From an uncultured cyanobacterium (lineage in GTDB: Bacteria; Cyanobacteriota; Cyanobacteriia; PCC-6307; Cyanobiaceae): a stretch of DNA of 64,000 nt. The translations under genes were made by a program, and so were the position numbers. The notes below the pieces were generated by a model, which was given only the letters and a program-made list of their open reading frames with translations, was not told where the DNA came from and made no database searches. Shown here one piece after another: positions 24,265 to 34,075 of the stretch (position 1 is its first letter; each line of letters starts with the position of its first letter). Location: the NCBI GenBank assembly GCA_963697335.1, contig CAVONQ010000018.1, positions 64,001 to 128,000 on the forward strand. Reading direction: 5' to 3'.

Positions 24265-26880
24265 CTACACCCCTGCCAGCACCTGGGCCTCCTGCTCGGC
24301 GCTCACCACCCGGCCGGAGTCGCCGAAGCCCTCGATCTGGTCGAAGTTGAGGTAGCGGTAGAGCTCGGCGCCGTAGGGATCGATCTTCTCGGCGGCGATG
24401 GCCAGGTACTCCTCCTTGCTGGGAATGCGGCCCAGCTGGGCGCAAACCGCCGCCAGTTCGGCGCTGCCCAGATACACCTGGGCGCCGTTGCCGAGTCGGT
24501 TGTTGAAGTTGCGGGTGCTGGTGGAGAACACGGTGGTGTTGTCCTCCACCCGGGCCTGGTTGCCCATGCACAGGGAGCAGCCCGGCATCTCCATGCGCGA
24601 GCCCGCCGCCTCGAAGGTGGCGTAGTACCCCTCCTCCTTGAGCTTCTCCTCGTCCATGCGGGTGGGGGGGCAGACCCAGAGGCGGGCGGTGTTCTGACCC
24701 TGGCCCTCCAGCACGTTGGCGGCGGCGCGGTAGTGGCCGATGTTGGTCATGCAGGAGCCGATGAACACCTCATCCACGGGGGCTCCGGCCACCTCCGACA
24801 GCGGTTTGACGTTGTCTGGGTCGTTGGGGCAGGCCAGGATCGGCTCGGTGATGGCGTCGAGGTCGATCTCGATCACGGCGGCATACTCGGCGTCGGCGTC
24901 GGCCTCCATCAGCACCGGATCGGCCAGCCAGGCCTCCATCGCCTTGATGCGCCGGGCCAGGGTGCGGGCATCGCCGTAGCCGCGGGCGATCATGTTCTTG
25001 AGCAGGGCCACATTGCTGCGCAGGTACTCGCTCACCGTCTCCACCGAGAGTTTGATGGTGCTGCCGGCGCAGGAACGCTCGGCGGTGGCATCGGTGAGCT
25101 CGAAGGCCTGCTCCAGCTTCAGATCAGGCAACCCCTCGATCTCCATGATGCGGCCGTTGAACACGTTCTTCTTGCCCTCCTTGGCCACGGTGAGCAGCCC
25201 CTGCTGGATGGCCACGTAGGGAATGGCGTTGACCACATCGCGCAGGGTCACTCCGGGCTGGAGTGAGCCGGAGAAGCGCACCAGCACCGATTCGGGCATG
25301 TCCAGGGGCATGGCGCCGATGGCGGCGGCGAAGGCCACCAGGCCCGAGCCGGCCGGGAAGGAGATCCCCAGGGGGAAGCGGGTGTGGCTGTCGCCGCCGG
25401 TGCCCACGGTGTCGGGCAGGAGCATGCGGTTCAGCCAGCTGTGGATGATGCCGTCGCCCGGTTGCAGGGCCACACCACCGCGGGAGGCCATGAAGTCGGG
25501 CAGCTCGGCGTGGGTCTGGAGGTCCACCGGCTTGGGATAGGCGGCGGTGTGGCAGAAGCTCTGCATCACCAGATCGGCGCTGAAGCCCAGGCAGGCCAGC
25601 TCCTTCATCTCGTCGCGAGTCATGGGCCCGGTGGTGTCCTGGCTGCCCACGGTGGTCATCAGCGGCTCGCAGGCGGTGCCGGGGCGCAGGCCGCTGAGGC
25701 CGCAGGCCTTGCCCACCATCTTCTGGGCCAGCGTGAACCCCTTGCCGGTGTCGGCGGGAGCACTGGGGCGGATGAACAGCTCAGAGGGGGGCAGCCCCAG
25801 CTGGGTGCGCACCTTGTCGGTGAGCGAGCGACCGATCATCAGGGGGATGCGACCGCCGGCGCGCACCTCGTCGGTGATCGTGCTGGGCTTGAGTTCGAAG
25901 CGGGCCACGATGGTGCCGGCGTCGGCTTCGCCGGCGGCCCGCTCGACCGTGCCCGCGAAGGGACGGATCGTGATCACGTCACCGGAGGCGAGGGCGCTCA
26001 CGTCGCATTCGATCGGCAGGGCGCCGGAATCCTCCGCGGTGTTGAAGAAGATCGGTGCAATCTTGCCGCCGAGCAGCACGCCGCCGCCGCGCTTGTTCGG
26101 CACGTGGGGAATGGCGGTGCCGGTGTGCCAGAGCACGGAGTTGATCGCCGACTTGCGGGAGCTGCCGGTGCCCACCACGTCGCCCACGTAGGCCACCGGG
26201 TGGCCCTTGGCCTTCAGCTGTTCGATCAGCTCCAGGCCTCCTGGCATCCGGGTTTCCAGCATCGCCATGGCGTGCAGGGGGATGTCGGGGCGGGTGGTGG
26301 CGTGGGTGGCCGGGGAGAGGTCGTCGGTGTTGGTCTCGCCCTCCACCTTGAACACCGTCACCGTGATCGCCTCCGGCAGGGGGGGCTTGGCGGTGAACCA
26401 CTCCGCGGCGGCCCAGCTGTCCACCACCCGGCGGGCGTGGGGGTTGGTCTCGGCCAGGTCGAGCACGTCGTGGAAGGAGTCGTAGACGAGCAGCGTGCGG
26501 CTCAGGCCCGTGGCCGCCGCCTCGGCGATTGCCCCGTCGCTGCTGGTGAGCAGCTCGATCAGGGAGCCCACGTTGTAGCCGCCGATCATGGTGGCCAGCA
26601 GCTCCACCGCCCGCACCGGGCTCACCAGGGGGCTGCTGGCCGTGCCTTTGGCCACACCCGTGAGCCAGCTGGCCTTCACGTAGGCGGCCTCATCCACTCC
26701 TGGTGGAATGCGTTCGGTGAGCAGGTGCAGCAGGGTCTCCTCCTCGCCCTGGGGTGGGGCCTCCAGCAGCTCGGTGAGGGCCTGGGCCTGGTCGGCCGTG
26801 AGTGGCAGGGCCGGCACGCCGAGGGCCTCCCGCTCAGCGGCGGCGGCGCGGTAGCTGGTGAGGAAGGTGTCTGCAGCCAT
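24265..26880 (-). CDS. acnB: Aconitate hydratase B
   Basis: [42 protein letters not shown]. Confidence 0.98.
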   Translation of the reverse strand: MAADTFLTSYRAAAAEREALGVPALPLTADQAQALTELLEAPPQGEEETLLHLLTERIPPGVDEAAYVKASWLTGVAKGTASSPLVSPVRAVELLATMIGGYNVGSLIELLTSSDGAIAEAAATGLSRTLLVYDSFHDVLDLAETNPHARRVVDSWAAAEWFTAKPPLPEAITVTVFKVEGETNTDDLSPATHATTRPDIPLHAMAMLETRMPGGLELIEQLKAKGHPVAYVGDVVGTGSSRKSAINSVLWHTGTAIPHVPNKRGGGVLLGGKIAPIFFNTAEDSGALPIECDVSALASGDVITIRPFAGTVERAAGEADAGTIVARFELKPSTITDEVRAGGRIPLMIGRSLTDKVRTQLGLPPSELFIRPSAPADTGKGFTLAQKMVGKACGLSGLRPGTACEPLMTTVGSQDTTGPMTRDEMKELACLGFSADLVMQSFCHTAAYPKPVDLQTHAELPDFMASRGGVALQPGDGIIHSWLNRMLLPDTVGTGGDSHTRFPLGISFPAGSGLVAFAAAIGAMPLDMPESVLVRFSGSLQPGVTLRDVVNAIPYVAIQQGLLTVAKEGKKNVFNGRIMEIEGLPDLKLEQAFELTDATAERSCAGSTIKLSVETVSEYLRSNVALLKNMIARGYGDARTLARRIKAMEAWLADPVLMEADADAEYAAVIEIDLDAITEPILACPNDPDNVKPLSEVAGAPVDEVFIGSCMTNIGHYRAAANVLEGQGQNTARLWVCPPTRMDEEKLKEEGYYATFEAAGSRMEMPGCSLCMGNQARVEDNTTVFSTSTRNFNNRLGNGAQVYLGSAELAAVCAQLGRIPSKEEYLAIAAEKIDPYGAELYRYLNFDQIEGFGDSGRVVSAEQEAQVLAGV

Positions 26881-27006
26881 GCCCGAAACTGTCGATCTGA
26901 CCTCCATTGTTCAGCGCGGAGCCGCCCGTTGTTGGTGTGCGCTGCTGCAAATGCACGCTGACTAGGGTGGGGGGTGGTCAATGGCCTTCCGCTGCAGTTT
27001 CGTCCC

Positions 27007-28089
27007 ATGCACGCCTCCACCAGTGATCTCCATGTGGTGGAGACCCGCCCCCTGGTGGCTCCCTCCCTGCTCCACCGCGAGCTGCCCATGGGGGAGAGCG
27101 CTGCCGCCACCGTGCAGGGGGCCCGGGAGCGGATCAAGGCGATCCTGCATGGCCGCGACAGCCGCCTGCTGGTGATCGTGGGCCCCTGTTCGGTCCACGA
27201 CATCAGCGCAGCGAAGGAGTACGCCGGCCTGATTGCGGAGGCCCGCCAGCGCCACGCCGCCGAGCTGGAGCTGGTGATGCGGGTGTACTTCGAGAAGCCC
27301 CGCACCACCGTGGGCTGGAAGGGGCTGATCAACGATCCCCACCTCGACGGCAGTTACGACATCAACACCGGCCTGCGCCTGGCCAGGGAACTGCTGCTGC
27401 ATGTGGCAGGCCTTGGTCTCCCGGCCGCCACTGAGCTGCTGGATCCGGTGGTGCCCCAGTACATCGCTGACCTGATCAGCTGGACCGCCATCGGCGCCCG
27501 CACCACCGAGAGCCAGACCCACCGCGAGATGGCGTCGGGCTTGTCGATGCCGATCGGCTTCAAGAACGGCACGGACGGCACGATCGCCACGGCCATCAAT
27601 GCGGTGGAGGCCTCCGCCCGGCCGCACCATTTCCTGGGCATCAACCAGGAGGGCTACGCCTCGATCGTCACCACCACGGGCAATCCCGATGGCCACCTGG
27701 TGCTTCGCGGCGGCAAGGGGGGGAGCAACTACCACCCGGAGGCGATCGAGGCGGCGGCCCAGGCCCTTGAGGCCGCCGGAATGCCGCCGCGGCTGCTGGT
27801 GGACTGCAGCCATGGCAACTCCAACAAGGACTACCGCCGCCAGGCCGATGTGGCCGCCCAGCTGGCCCAGCAGGTGGCGAGCGGCAGCAGTCATCTGATG
27901 GGGGTGATGCTGGAGAGCCACCTGGTGCCGGGCCAGCAGAAGATCCCCGCCGACCTGAGCCAGCTCACCTACGGCCAGAGCATCACCGATGCCTGCATCG
28001 ATCTGGACACCACCGAGCAGGTGCTGGATGGGCTGGCAGCAGCCGTGCGGGCGGCGGCCTCAGAGCGCAGGCCCCTGGCCATCGCCTGA
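27007..28089 (+). CDS. 3-deoxy-7-phosphoheptulonate (DAHP) synthase, class I-alpha (AroF/G/H type)
   Basis: GPCSVHD, YFEKPRTTVGWKG, IGARTTESQ.HR, DCSHGNS, GQSITDAC. Confidence 0.97.
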   Translation: MHASTSDLHVVETRPLVAPSLLHRELPMGESAAATVQGARERIKAILHGRDSRLLVIVGPCSVHDISAAKEYAGLIAEARQRHAAELELVMRVYFEKPRTTVGWKGLINDPHLDGSYDINTGLRLARELLLHVAGLGLPAATELLDPVVPQYIADLISWTAIGARTTESQTHREMASGLSMPIGFKNGTDGTIATAINAVEASARPHHFLGINQEGYASIVTTTGNPDGHLVLRGGKGGSNYHPEAIEAAAQALEAAGMPPRLLVDCSHGNSNKDYRRQADVAAQLAQQVASGSSHLMGVMLESHLVPGQQKIPADLSQLTYGQSITDACIDLDTTEQVLDGLAAAVRAAASERRPLAIA

Positions 28090-28098
28090 GGCCCGAGG

Positions 28099-28143
28099 CG
28101 TAGTCATCTACGCCGCAGTCATCCAGTCTGCAGTGATCTAGCA
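28099..28143. repeat. Imperfect 15-bp tandem repeat, three copies
   Basis: CGTAGTCATCTACGC / CGCAGTCATCCAGTC / TGCAGTGATCTAGCA. Confidence 0.6.
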
Positions 28144-28249
28144 CTCCACACTTGAGACTGCTAACTGTTGCCAATGCAATGAAATGTTCGCCCTGGACAG
28201 ATTATCATTGAACTCTTCATAGGGTTGATTCGCTGTTGTTGGGGCCGTC

Positions 28250-28573
28250 ATGACTTACCTTCTCCAGTTCTGTGGCCTCAGCGATCCGCTGCAGGTGTTC
28301 TATCTGGAGCAATCGAGTGGCCCTGCCGTGGCCGGCTTCCGGCCGTTCCAGCTCGATGAGCTGCTCAGCTGGGCCCAGGGCATCGGCCAGCAGCGCCACT
28401 GGGATGCCGCCCTGATCCACCGCACCGTGATGCAGGCCTGGATGGAACGGGCTGACCTGATCCGCCAGTGGCAGCTGCGGCTGAAGGAGGAGTCCAGCGA
28501 CCGGCTGGTGGTGGCGGCTCTGGGCACCTCCGCCGACTGGGAGCGGCGCTGCGAGGATCTGTTCCGGGCCTGA
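28250..28573 (+). CDS. Hypothetical protein (107 aa)
   Basis: MTYLLQFCGLSDPLQVFYLE; good codon usage, AT-rich promoter region upstream. Confidence 0.75.
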   Translation: MTYLLQFCGLSDPLQVFYLEQSSGPAVAGFRPFQLDELLSWAQGIGQQRHWDAALIHRTVMQAWMERADLIRQWQLRLKEESSDRLVVAALGTSADWERRCEDLFRA

Positions 28574-28586
28574 CCCCCGGTTGGAC

Positions 28587-29276
28587 TCAGCTGGCGCCCA
28601 GGGTTTGCCACAGCCAGGCCACCCCCAGGGGCACGGTTAGGTTGTCGATTCCAGCCACCCCCACCTGCTCCAGGGCGGTGGCCGCCAGGGCGATCGGCAC
28701 CACCCAGCCCAGGGCCGGTCCTGGGGTGAGGCTGGTCAGCAGGGCCAGCACGGCGCCGCTGGCGAGGGCCATCACCGCCGTGCCCAGCAGGGAGCGCCGC
28801 TGGCCCAGCACCTGCCAGCTCGGCGACGGCCGCAGCGGCCCGATCAGCCCGGCCAGGCCATCACCGACGGCCATCACCAGTACCCCCGCGGCCACCGTGG
28901 CCGGTTGCTGGGGCCAACAGCACCAGAGCAGCAGGGCAATGGAGGCGCCGTAGGCGACCGTGCCGTAGCTGCGGCGGCCCACATCCTCCACCGCCGGCAG
29001 CAGGCGCAGGCGGTGGTTCAGGGCGGCCAGCAGGGTGACGAGAGCTGCCGCCGGCACGGCGATCTCCCGGGCGATCCCCAGCCCCCAGGCGATCGGCACC
29101 ACGGCCCCCGTACCGATGTGCACCAGCTTGCGGCTCCATTCCCGCGGTCCCTCGCCAGCCCTCTGGCCCCAGCGACGCCGCACCCAGGTGGCCCCGGCGG
29201 CCAGCGCGGCCAGCCAGACCAGCACTGCCAGCACCCCGGCCAGCTGCTGCTGCCAGCCCTGCACGCTCAGTGCCAC
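28587..29276 (-). CDS. Phytol/dolichol kinase family (CTP-dependent) membrane protein
   Basis: SRKLVHIGTG, GDGLAGLIG, GIDNLTVPL. Confidence 0.9.
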   Translation of the reverse strand: MALSVQGWQQQLAGVLAVLVWLAALAAGATWVRRRWGQRAGEGPREWSRKLVHIGTGAVVPIAWGLGIAREIAVPAAALVTLLAALNHRLRLLPAVEDVGRRSYGTVAYGASIALLLWCCWPQQPATVAAGVLVMAVGDGLAGLIGPLRPSPSWQVLGQRRSLLGTAVMALASGAVLALLTSLTPGPALGWVVPIALAATALEQVGVAGIDNLTVPLGVAWLWQTLGAS

Positions 29277-29286
29277 CCCACCGGGT

Positions 29287-30282
29287 TCAGGCTGCCTGCT
29301 GGTAGTTGCTCATCAGCCGCAGCTTCATGATCGCCTTGGCCTCGAGCTGGCGCACCCGCTCCCTGGACACGTTGATCAGGCGCCCGATCTCAGCCAGGGT
29401 GAGCGGTTCGGAGCCCTCCAGGCCGAAGCGCAGCCGGATGATCTTCTGCTCGCGCTCGTTCAGTTGGGAGAGCCAGGCGCCGAGGTGCTCCTTCTGGATG
29501 TGGCGATCCATGGAGTCGAAATGCTCGTTGCTCGCCGGATCCGCGATCAGCTCCCCGAGGGTGCTGCGATCCTCCTCGCCGCGGGCATGGGCATCAAGGG
29601 AGGCGCAGGGGGCACTCTGGGCCATCAGCTCCTCCAGGTCCTGGGGCCGCATGTCCATGGCATGGGCGAGCTCCAGGCGGTTGGGCTGTCGGCCGAGCCG
29701 ATGGGAGAGCTCCCGGGTGATGCGCCGCATCTTGGAGAGCTTCTCGCTGATGTGGATCGGCAGGCGAATCGTGCGGGCGCTGTTGTCGATCGCCCGGGTC
29801 ATGCCCTGGCGAATCCACCAGTAGGCATAGGTGGAAAACTTGTAGCCCATGGCGGGATCGAACTTGTCGACGGCGCGCTCCAGGCCGATGGCTCCTTCCT
29901 GGACCAGATCAAGCAGTTCCAGGCCCTGGTTCTGGTACTTCTTGGCCACGCTCACCACCAGGCGCAGGTTGGCCGCCATCATCCGATCGCGGGCCCTCTG
30001 GGCCATGCGGATCTGGCGCTTGTGCTTGGGAGTGAGCTCCTCAAGGGGCACCTGCTGCAGCCGCTTGCCGGCCTGAACGTGATGGGCCAGTTCGATTTCT
30101 TCAGCCGGAGTGAGAAGTGGCACACGACCGATGTTGCTGAGATACCAGCCGATGGAATCGGCGCTCAGGCGACCCGTAGGACGGGAGCTAGTGGTGCGCG
30201 ATTTTGAAGCTGATACCGCCGGTTTTTTGACGTCAATCAAGTTGACGTCTGAACCGGATTGCAATGGTGTCCCCACACCCAT
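29287..30282 (-). CDS. Group 2 RNA polymerase sigma factor (RpoD/SigA family)
   Basis: ANLRLVVSVAKKY, DLVQEG, YKFSTYAYWWIRQ, SRERVRQLE; lacks region 1.1. Confidence 0.95.
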   Translation of the reverse strand: MGVGTPLQSGSDVNLIDVKKPAVSASKSRTTSSRPTGRLSADSIGWYLSNIGRVPLLTPAEEIELAHHVQAGKRLQQVPLEELTPKHKRQIRMAQRARDRMMAANLRLVVSVAKKYQNQGLELLDLVQEGAIGLERAVDKFDPAMGYKFSTYAYWWIRQGMTRAIDNSARTIRLPIHISEKLSKMRRITRELSHRLGRQPNRLELAHAMDMRPQDLEELMAQSAPCASLDAHARGEEDRSTLGELIADPASNEHFDSMDRHIQKEHLGAWLSQLNEREQKIIRLRFGLEGSEPLTLAEIGRLINVSRERVRQLEAKAIMKLRLMSNYQQAA

Positions 30283-30506
30283 GCCCCCGAATTTGAATGT
30301 GGGCGGAATGTAGCACTCCTGGCCTCAAGGCAAGGTTGAAATTGCGAAGAATTTCTGAAAAGCCACCCATACCAGGATTGTTTTGTGTCTATCGATGCAT
30401 TTCACTGGCCCAATCAGGCCCTCTGCTCGTGCTGCCTGTGCCGGGCTCCTGGTGGAGGACCTGACGGGAGGCTACCGCTTGGTCCGCTCCGGTCAAGCCC
30501 TTCAGG

Positions 30507-32657
30507 TCAGGCCGCGCGCGCTGGGGTCAAGCCGCCTCGCCACCGCTCCATCAGGCTGGCCTGGGCCCGCTGGCCCTCGCCATCGCTGGGCGGCTGCTCA
30601 AAGCTGCCATCGGAGCGCATGTGCCAGCCACCGGGGTCGTTGAGGTAGAGGTCGAGCACCGCTTCCAGCTGGTGGCGCAGGGCTGGATCCTCGACCGGAG
30701 CGACGGCCTCCACCCGGCGGTCCAGGTTGCGGCTCATCCAGTCGGCACTGCCTAAATACACTTCAGGCTCGCCGGCGTTGCCAAACCAGAACACACGGGA
30801 GTGTTCCAAGAACCTGCCGATCACACTCACCACCCGGATGTTCTCGCTGATTCCTTCCAGGCCCGGGCGCAGGCTGCACATGCCGCGAATCACCAGCTCG
30901 ATCGTCACGCCCGCCTGGGAGGCCTCATAGAGCAGGGCAATGATGCCCGGATCCACCAGGGAGTTCATCTTGGCCCTGATGTGGCCACCTCGGCCGGAGT
31001 GGGCGTGGTCGATCTCACGTTGAATCAGCCCCAGCTTGCGCTTGCGCAGCGTCACCGGGGCTACCAGCAAGCGGCGGAAGCTCTGCTGCTTGGAGAAGCC
31101 GGTGAGGTAGTTGAACAGCTCCACCAGATCGGCGCCGAACTCAGGCCTTGCCGTGAGCAGCCCGAAGTCGGTGTAGAGGCTTGAGGTCTTGGCGTTGTAG
31201 TTGCCGGTGCCGATGTGCACGTAGCTGTTCAGCCGCTCCTTCTCTTTGCGCACCACCAGGAGGATCTTGGTGTGGGTCTTGAGGCCCAGCACGCCGTACA
31301 CCACGTGCACCCCGGAGCTCTCGAGGCGTTTGGCCCACTGAATGTTGTTGTCCTCATCGAAGCGGGCCTTGAGCTCCACCAGGGCCATCACCTGCTTGCC
31401 GTTCTCGGCCGCCCGGATCAGGGCGGCGATCACGGCCGAGTCCCTGGAGGTGCGGTAGAGCGTCATCTTGATCGCCAGCACCAGCGGATCGTCGGCTGCC
31501 TGATTCAGAAACTCCTCCACAGAGGTGGAGAACAGGTCGTAGGGATGCTGCAGCAGCACATCACCCCGGCGGATCACCGAGAAGATGCTCTCGAATTCCT
31601 CCGCCTTGAGGGAACCGTCCTCCAGCAGGCCCTTCTGGGCGCGGGCCAGCACCGGGCTGGTGCGGCCCTTGTGGGGCCGGTCCTTGAGCTGGGGCAGGGG
31701 CACAGCCAGCAGGCTCATCAGATCGTCGAGCCCCAGGGGGCCGCTGACCCGGTACACGTCCTCCTCTTCCACGTCGGTGCCCTGCATCAGCAGCTGCAGC
31801 ACCGACTCCGGCACCTCATCGGCCACCTCCAGACGCACCACCTCGCCCCCGCGGCGACGCTTGCGCAGACCTTCTTCGAGGGCCTCCATCAGGTCATCGG
31901 CCTCGAGATCGCGCAGCTCCAGGTCCGCATCGCGGGTGACGCGGAAGAAGTAGTGGCCCTCCACGCTCATGCCGGGGAAGAGGAGTTCGAGGTTGAACGC
32001 CACCACCTGTTCCAGCGGCACGGCGCTGAACACTGGAGTGGGATGGCGCCCACTGAGCTCGGTGGGAATCTGCACGAAGCGGGGCAAGTTCTTCTGGGGC
32101 ACCTTCACCCGGGCGAACTCCTGTTGACCGGTGTCGGGGTCGCGTACCAGCACCGCCACGTTGAGGCTGAGGTTGCTGATGAAGGGAAAGGGGTGGGAGG
32201 GGTCCACCGCCAGGGGCGTCAGCACCGGGAAGATGGCTGTGCGGAAGTAGTCGTCCACCCAGTGGCGCTGGGCCTCGTTGAGGTTGGCGTAGTCGATCAT
32301 CAGCAGGCCGTACTCCGCCAGATGGCTCTTGAGCGAGTGGCGGTAGTGCTGCTGCTGCAACTCCAGCAGGGGGCGGAGCTTGGCCTGGATCGCCTCGAGC
32401 TGCTGCTGGGGAGTGAGGCCGTCATCGCTGAGGGTGGCCACCCCGGCGTCCACTTGTGACTTCAGGGAAGCCACCCGCACCATGAAGAACTCGTCGAGGT
32501 TGTTGCTGAAGATGGCGCTGAACTTGGCCTGCTCCAGCAGCGGTGTGCGCTCATCGAGCGCCTGGGCCAGCACTCTGTAGTTGAACTCGATCCAGCTCAG
32601 CTCCCGGTTGATGTAGAGCTCGGGAGGGACGATCGGTGCTGGCTGGGCTGAAGGCAT
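30507..32657 (-). CDS. ppk1: Polyphosphate kinase 1
   Basis: YINRELSW, NLDEFFMVRV, ELKARFDE, KTHTK, GTGNYN, RNLDRRVE. Confidence 0.98.
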   Translation of the reverse strand: MPSAQPAPIVPPELYINRELSWIEFNYRVLAQALDERTPLLEQAKFSAIFSNNLDEFFMVRVASLKSQVDAGVATLSDDGLTPQQQLEAIQAKLRPLLELQQQHYRHSLKSHLAEYGLLMIDYANLNEAQRHWVDDYFRTAIFPVLTPLAVDPSHPFPFISNLSLNVAVLVRDPDTGQQEFARVKVPQKNLPRFVQIPTELSGRHPTPVFSAVPLEQVVAFNLELLFPGMSVEGHYFFRVTRDADLELRDLEADDLMEALEEGLRKRRRGGEVVRLEVADEVPESVLQLLMQGTDVEEEDVYRVSGPLGLDDLMSLLAVPLPQLKDRPHKGRTSPVLARAQKGLLEDGSLKAEEFESIFSVIRRGDVLLQHPYDLFSTSVEEFLNQAADDPLVLAIKMTLYRTSRDSAVIAALIRAAENGKQVMALVELKARFDEDNNIQWAKRLESSGVHVVYGVLGLKTHTKILLVVRKEKERLNSYVHIGTGNYNAKTSSLYTDFGLLTARPEFGADLVELFNYLTGFSKQQSFRRLLVAPVTLRKRKLGLIQREIDHAHSGRGGHIRAKMNSLVDPGIIALLYEASQAGVTIELVIRGMCSLRPGLEGISENIRVVSVIGRFLEHSRVFWFGNAGEPEVYLGSADWMSRNLDRRVEAVAPVEDPALRHQLEAVLDLYLNDPGGWHMRSDGSFEQPPSDGEGQRAQASLMERWRGGLTPARAA

Positions 32658-32695
32658 GTGGAAAAGGTAGCAATCGGGTGGGACTTGTTCGGGTA

Positions 32696-33973
32696 TCAAC
32701 CTGACTTGACGGAGCGCCCCGGCAGTCCTCCGGCCACCAGGGCCACGACCGCCAGCATCAGGGCGATACCCAGCCACAGCGGGCTTCTCCAGCTGATGGT
32801 CTCGAAGGCCAGGCCCCCCAGGGGAGGACCGATGAAGCCCGCCAGACTCTGCAGTCCCTGCAAGCTGCCCAGGGCGGCCCCCTGGCCGGAATCGTCGAGG
32901 CGGCGGGACACCAGGGAGCGCAGGCAGGGCGTCACCAGCCCGGTGCCCAGGGCCAGCAGGCCCACGCCGTTGAACACCAGCGTCGTGGCGTTGCTCCGTT
33001 CTGCCAGGGCGACCAGCAGGCAGCCCGCGATCACGAAACCGAGGCCGGCCAGGCTCAGCCGCCACTCGCCGAAGCGTTTGACCAGCGGACCGATCAGACC
33101 CCCCTGCACCAGGGTGGCGACCACGCCCACCACCAGGAAGGCGGCACCGGCCAGGCCCGGGCCCCAGTCGAAAGCCTGTTTGAAATAGAGCACCAGCACG
33201 GCGGTGAAGCCGCTGAAGCCGAGAAAGAACAGAAAGAAGGCGGCGCAGAGGCGACGCACCCGGGAATTGCCGAACACCCGCGCCAGCTGGCTGAAGGGTT
33301 GCAGGTCGCGGCGCCGCGGCAGGGGCAGGCGCGCCTCGGGGGGATGGGTCTCCGGCAGCACCGCCAGCACCAGCACCAAATTGAGCACCGCGATGCCCAC
33401 GGCGATCAGCAGCGGCAGGATCACATTGATACGGCCCAGCAGTCCGCCCATGGCCGGCCCCAGGATGAAACCGAGTCCGAAGGCCACCCCGATCAGTCCG
33501 AAGGCCTTGGCCCGTTTCTCGGGCGGGGTGATGTCCGCCAGGACGGCACTGGCGGTGGCGGCGGTGCCGCCACTGATGCCGTCCACGAGCCGTCCCAGGA
33601 ACAGCAGGCCCAGGGGCAGGGCGCTGCCGGCCGCCCAGGGGATGGTGCTCCAGTCGATCGAGAGGGTGAGGGCGAACAGGCCGAGGCCGAGCACCGATCC
33701 GCCCACACAGGCGGCGATCACGGGGCGGCGGCCGAGATGGTCGCTGAGGGCGCCGATCAGCGGCGTGAAGCTGAACTGGGCCAGGGCATAGCTGCCGGCC
33801 AGCAGCCCCAGGATGCGGCCATCACTGCTGAACCCCGCCAGCAGAAAGGGCAGCAGTGGAAAGATCAGCGACTCGCTCAGGCGGTCGTTGAGCAGCGTGA
33901 GGAAGGCGCAGGCCAGGGTGGAGTTGCGCGAACGCTGCAGAGGGGCCACGGGCACGCAGAGACGTGATCTCAC
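32696..33973 (-). CDS. MFS transporter (TetA/DHA1-like)
   Basis: GALSDHLGRRP motif A, GFILGPAMGG motif C, about 12 TM helices; start uncertain. Confidence 0.9.
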   Translation of the reverse strand: MRSRLCVPVAPLQRSRNSTLACAFLTLLNDRLSESLIFPLLPFLLAGFSSDGRILGLLAGSYALAQFSFTPLIGALSDHLGRRPVIAACVGGSVLGLGLFALTLSIDWSTIPWAAGSALPLGLLFLGRLVDGISGGTAATASAVLADITPPEKRAKAFGLIGVAFGLGFILGPAMGGLLGRINVILPLLIAVGIAVLNLVLVLAVLPETHPPEARLPLPRRRDLQPFSQLARVFGNSRVRRLCAAFFLFFLGFSGFTAVLVLYFKQAFDWGPGLAGAAFLVVGVVATLVQGGLIGPLVKRFGEWRLSLAGLGFVIAGCLLVALAERSNATTLVFNGVGLLALGTGLVTPCLRSLVSRRLDDSGQGAALGSLQGLQSLAGFIGPPLGGLAFETISWRSPLWLGIALMLAVVALVAGGLPGRSVKSG

Positions 33974-34075
33974 CCTCCCATGGCCCCTTGCCGCCGCCCC
34001 GTCGCCGCCCCGGGCCGGGCGCTTCCTTGCCCCCTGGCTGTTCTTCCATCAGGCTTGAGTCGCTCTCCGCTGTCC

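Noticed and set aside
28099..28143. Possible mini-CRISPR
   Set aside because: 15-bp units with no spacers and no cas genes.
28199..28212. GATTATCATTG, partial Fur-box similarity
   Set aside because: Only about half of the consensus, in an AT-rich promoter; no iron-related gene adjacent.
28139..30319. TAGCACTCC words at about 28139 and 30311 resembling CIRCE
   Set aside because: Half-sites only; no inverted partner 9 bp away and no adjacent chaperone gene.
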